Assembly: GCF_000143415.4 (NCBI RefSeq)
Contig: NW_003314421.1
Coordinates: 87,842 to 151,841, forward strand
From: Selaginella moellendorffii
Lineage: Eukaryota > Plantae > Lycopodiophyta
Reading direction: 5' to 3'
Length of the DNA stretch: 64,000 nucleotides
In this document: one piece after another, positions 63,351-64,000 of the stretch
Layout: every line of letters starts with the position of its first letter
How positions within the stretch are numbered: position 1 is the stretch's first letter
Translations under genes and position numbers: made by a program
The notes under the pieces: model-generated
The model's database searches: none
Told to the model about the DNA's origin: nothing
What the model saw: the letters and a program-made list of their open reading frames with translations, nothing else

Positions 63351-64000
63351 GTGGTTACTCTAGAAGTCATGATATTCCCAGAAGGGAAGCAAGGGCTGGA
63401 AATAGGGTACCCTAGGGTGCTACCACAGTACTCAAAAATGTCAGTGTGTCCGAATGCACCCATGGTCCCGTTCAGACCACCTCCAGTGAAGATCGAGGAG
63501 ATAATGCCACCAAGGAAGCCAATGAGAATGCCACATGGGCCAGAAAATGATGTGCTGGAAGTGGATCCGGAAGAGTTCATGGAGGAGCTGAACAAGCTAC
63601 AAGCAAGAAGGGCTGAAGAAATTATACATGTGATAGTTGAAGGAATGGTTCTGGCCGGTTTCGTGATAGTGGATTGGATCTGTGCTACACTGGCATATCA
63701 CGATATGTTGGTCACAATAGTAGTAGAAGATGTGAAACACCTGGGGGAAAAATGTTATAATGTGGTCATCAAGGACGAGAGAGCATGACACAAGCTACTG
63801 CGAGTGGATGCATATGCACAATTGGAGTTTCAGCTATTCTTCAGAGCATGCCGCAACAACTTCATGCCCCAGAAAAAAAGGTTGTTACTCCCACCATCGG
63901 TGATTGTTAACTTTGAGCTCCTAAGGAATGGACATGGCATTGGCAGAGGATAAAATATTGGCAGCGATACTAAGATAGTTCACCATGTTCATAAGGATGA
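63351..64000 (+). pseudogene. Possible LINE ORF1 (RRM/DUF4283-like) remnant, preceded by purine-rich low-complexity sequence from ~61900
   Basis: IVVEDVKHLGEKCYNVVIKDE resembles the RRM-like core of plant LINE ORF1. Stops present; no ORF2 in the window to confirm. Confidence 0.35.

Overview
Eukaryotic, transposon-dense plant DNA. Tiny ~50-nt GT-AG introns, a PLS-type PPR fragment and a plant-type 5S RNA suggest an early-diverging land plant such as Selaginella (inference). The window is a nest of insertions whose ends I could read directly. (1) Two opposite-facing copies of a ~12.9-kb Sola-like (DUF7869-type DDD) DNA transposon: complete copy 13847-26765 with a perfect 24-bp TIR and 4-bp TSD GTTG, and a partial copy at 1-7307. 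It carries a divergently transcribed cargo gene with a ParB-like domain, an MTase-like remnant and an FCP1/HAD-like domain. It also has dozens of copies of a 22-bp palindrome (ATGGCRTGNGGCCNCAYGCCAT), roughly one per mini-intron. (2) Two internally deleted copies of a second TIR element (12836-32425 with 5-bp TSD AGCCC; 45085-57783). These carry a GCM-like/SWIM gene, a divergent ParB-like + beta-class amino-DNA-methyltransferase gene and, in copy 1, a hairpin array. (3) Two copies of a short-LTR Ty3/Gypsy, a young non-coding LTR element with 1.8-kb LTRs, decayed L1/Tx1 LINEs, a host pseudogene and a divergent 5S rRNA gene with compensatory stem changes. Best candidate for an undescribed system: two different DNA transposons each pairing a ParB-(MTase) cargo protein with arrays of their own palindromic sites, possibly a parS-like self-recognition or anti-silencing module. 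Nearly all ORFs carry nonsense or frameshift lesions. Domain calls come from motif recognition, not database searches.
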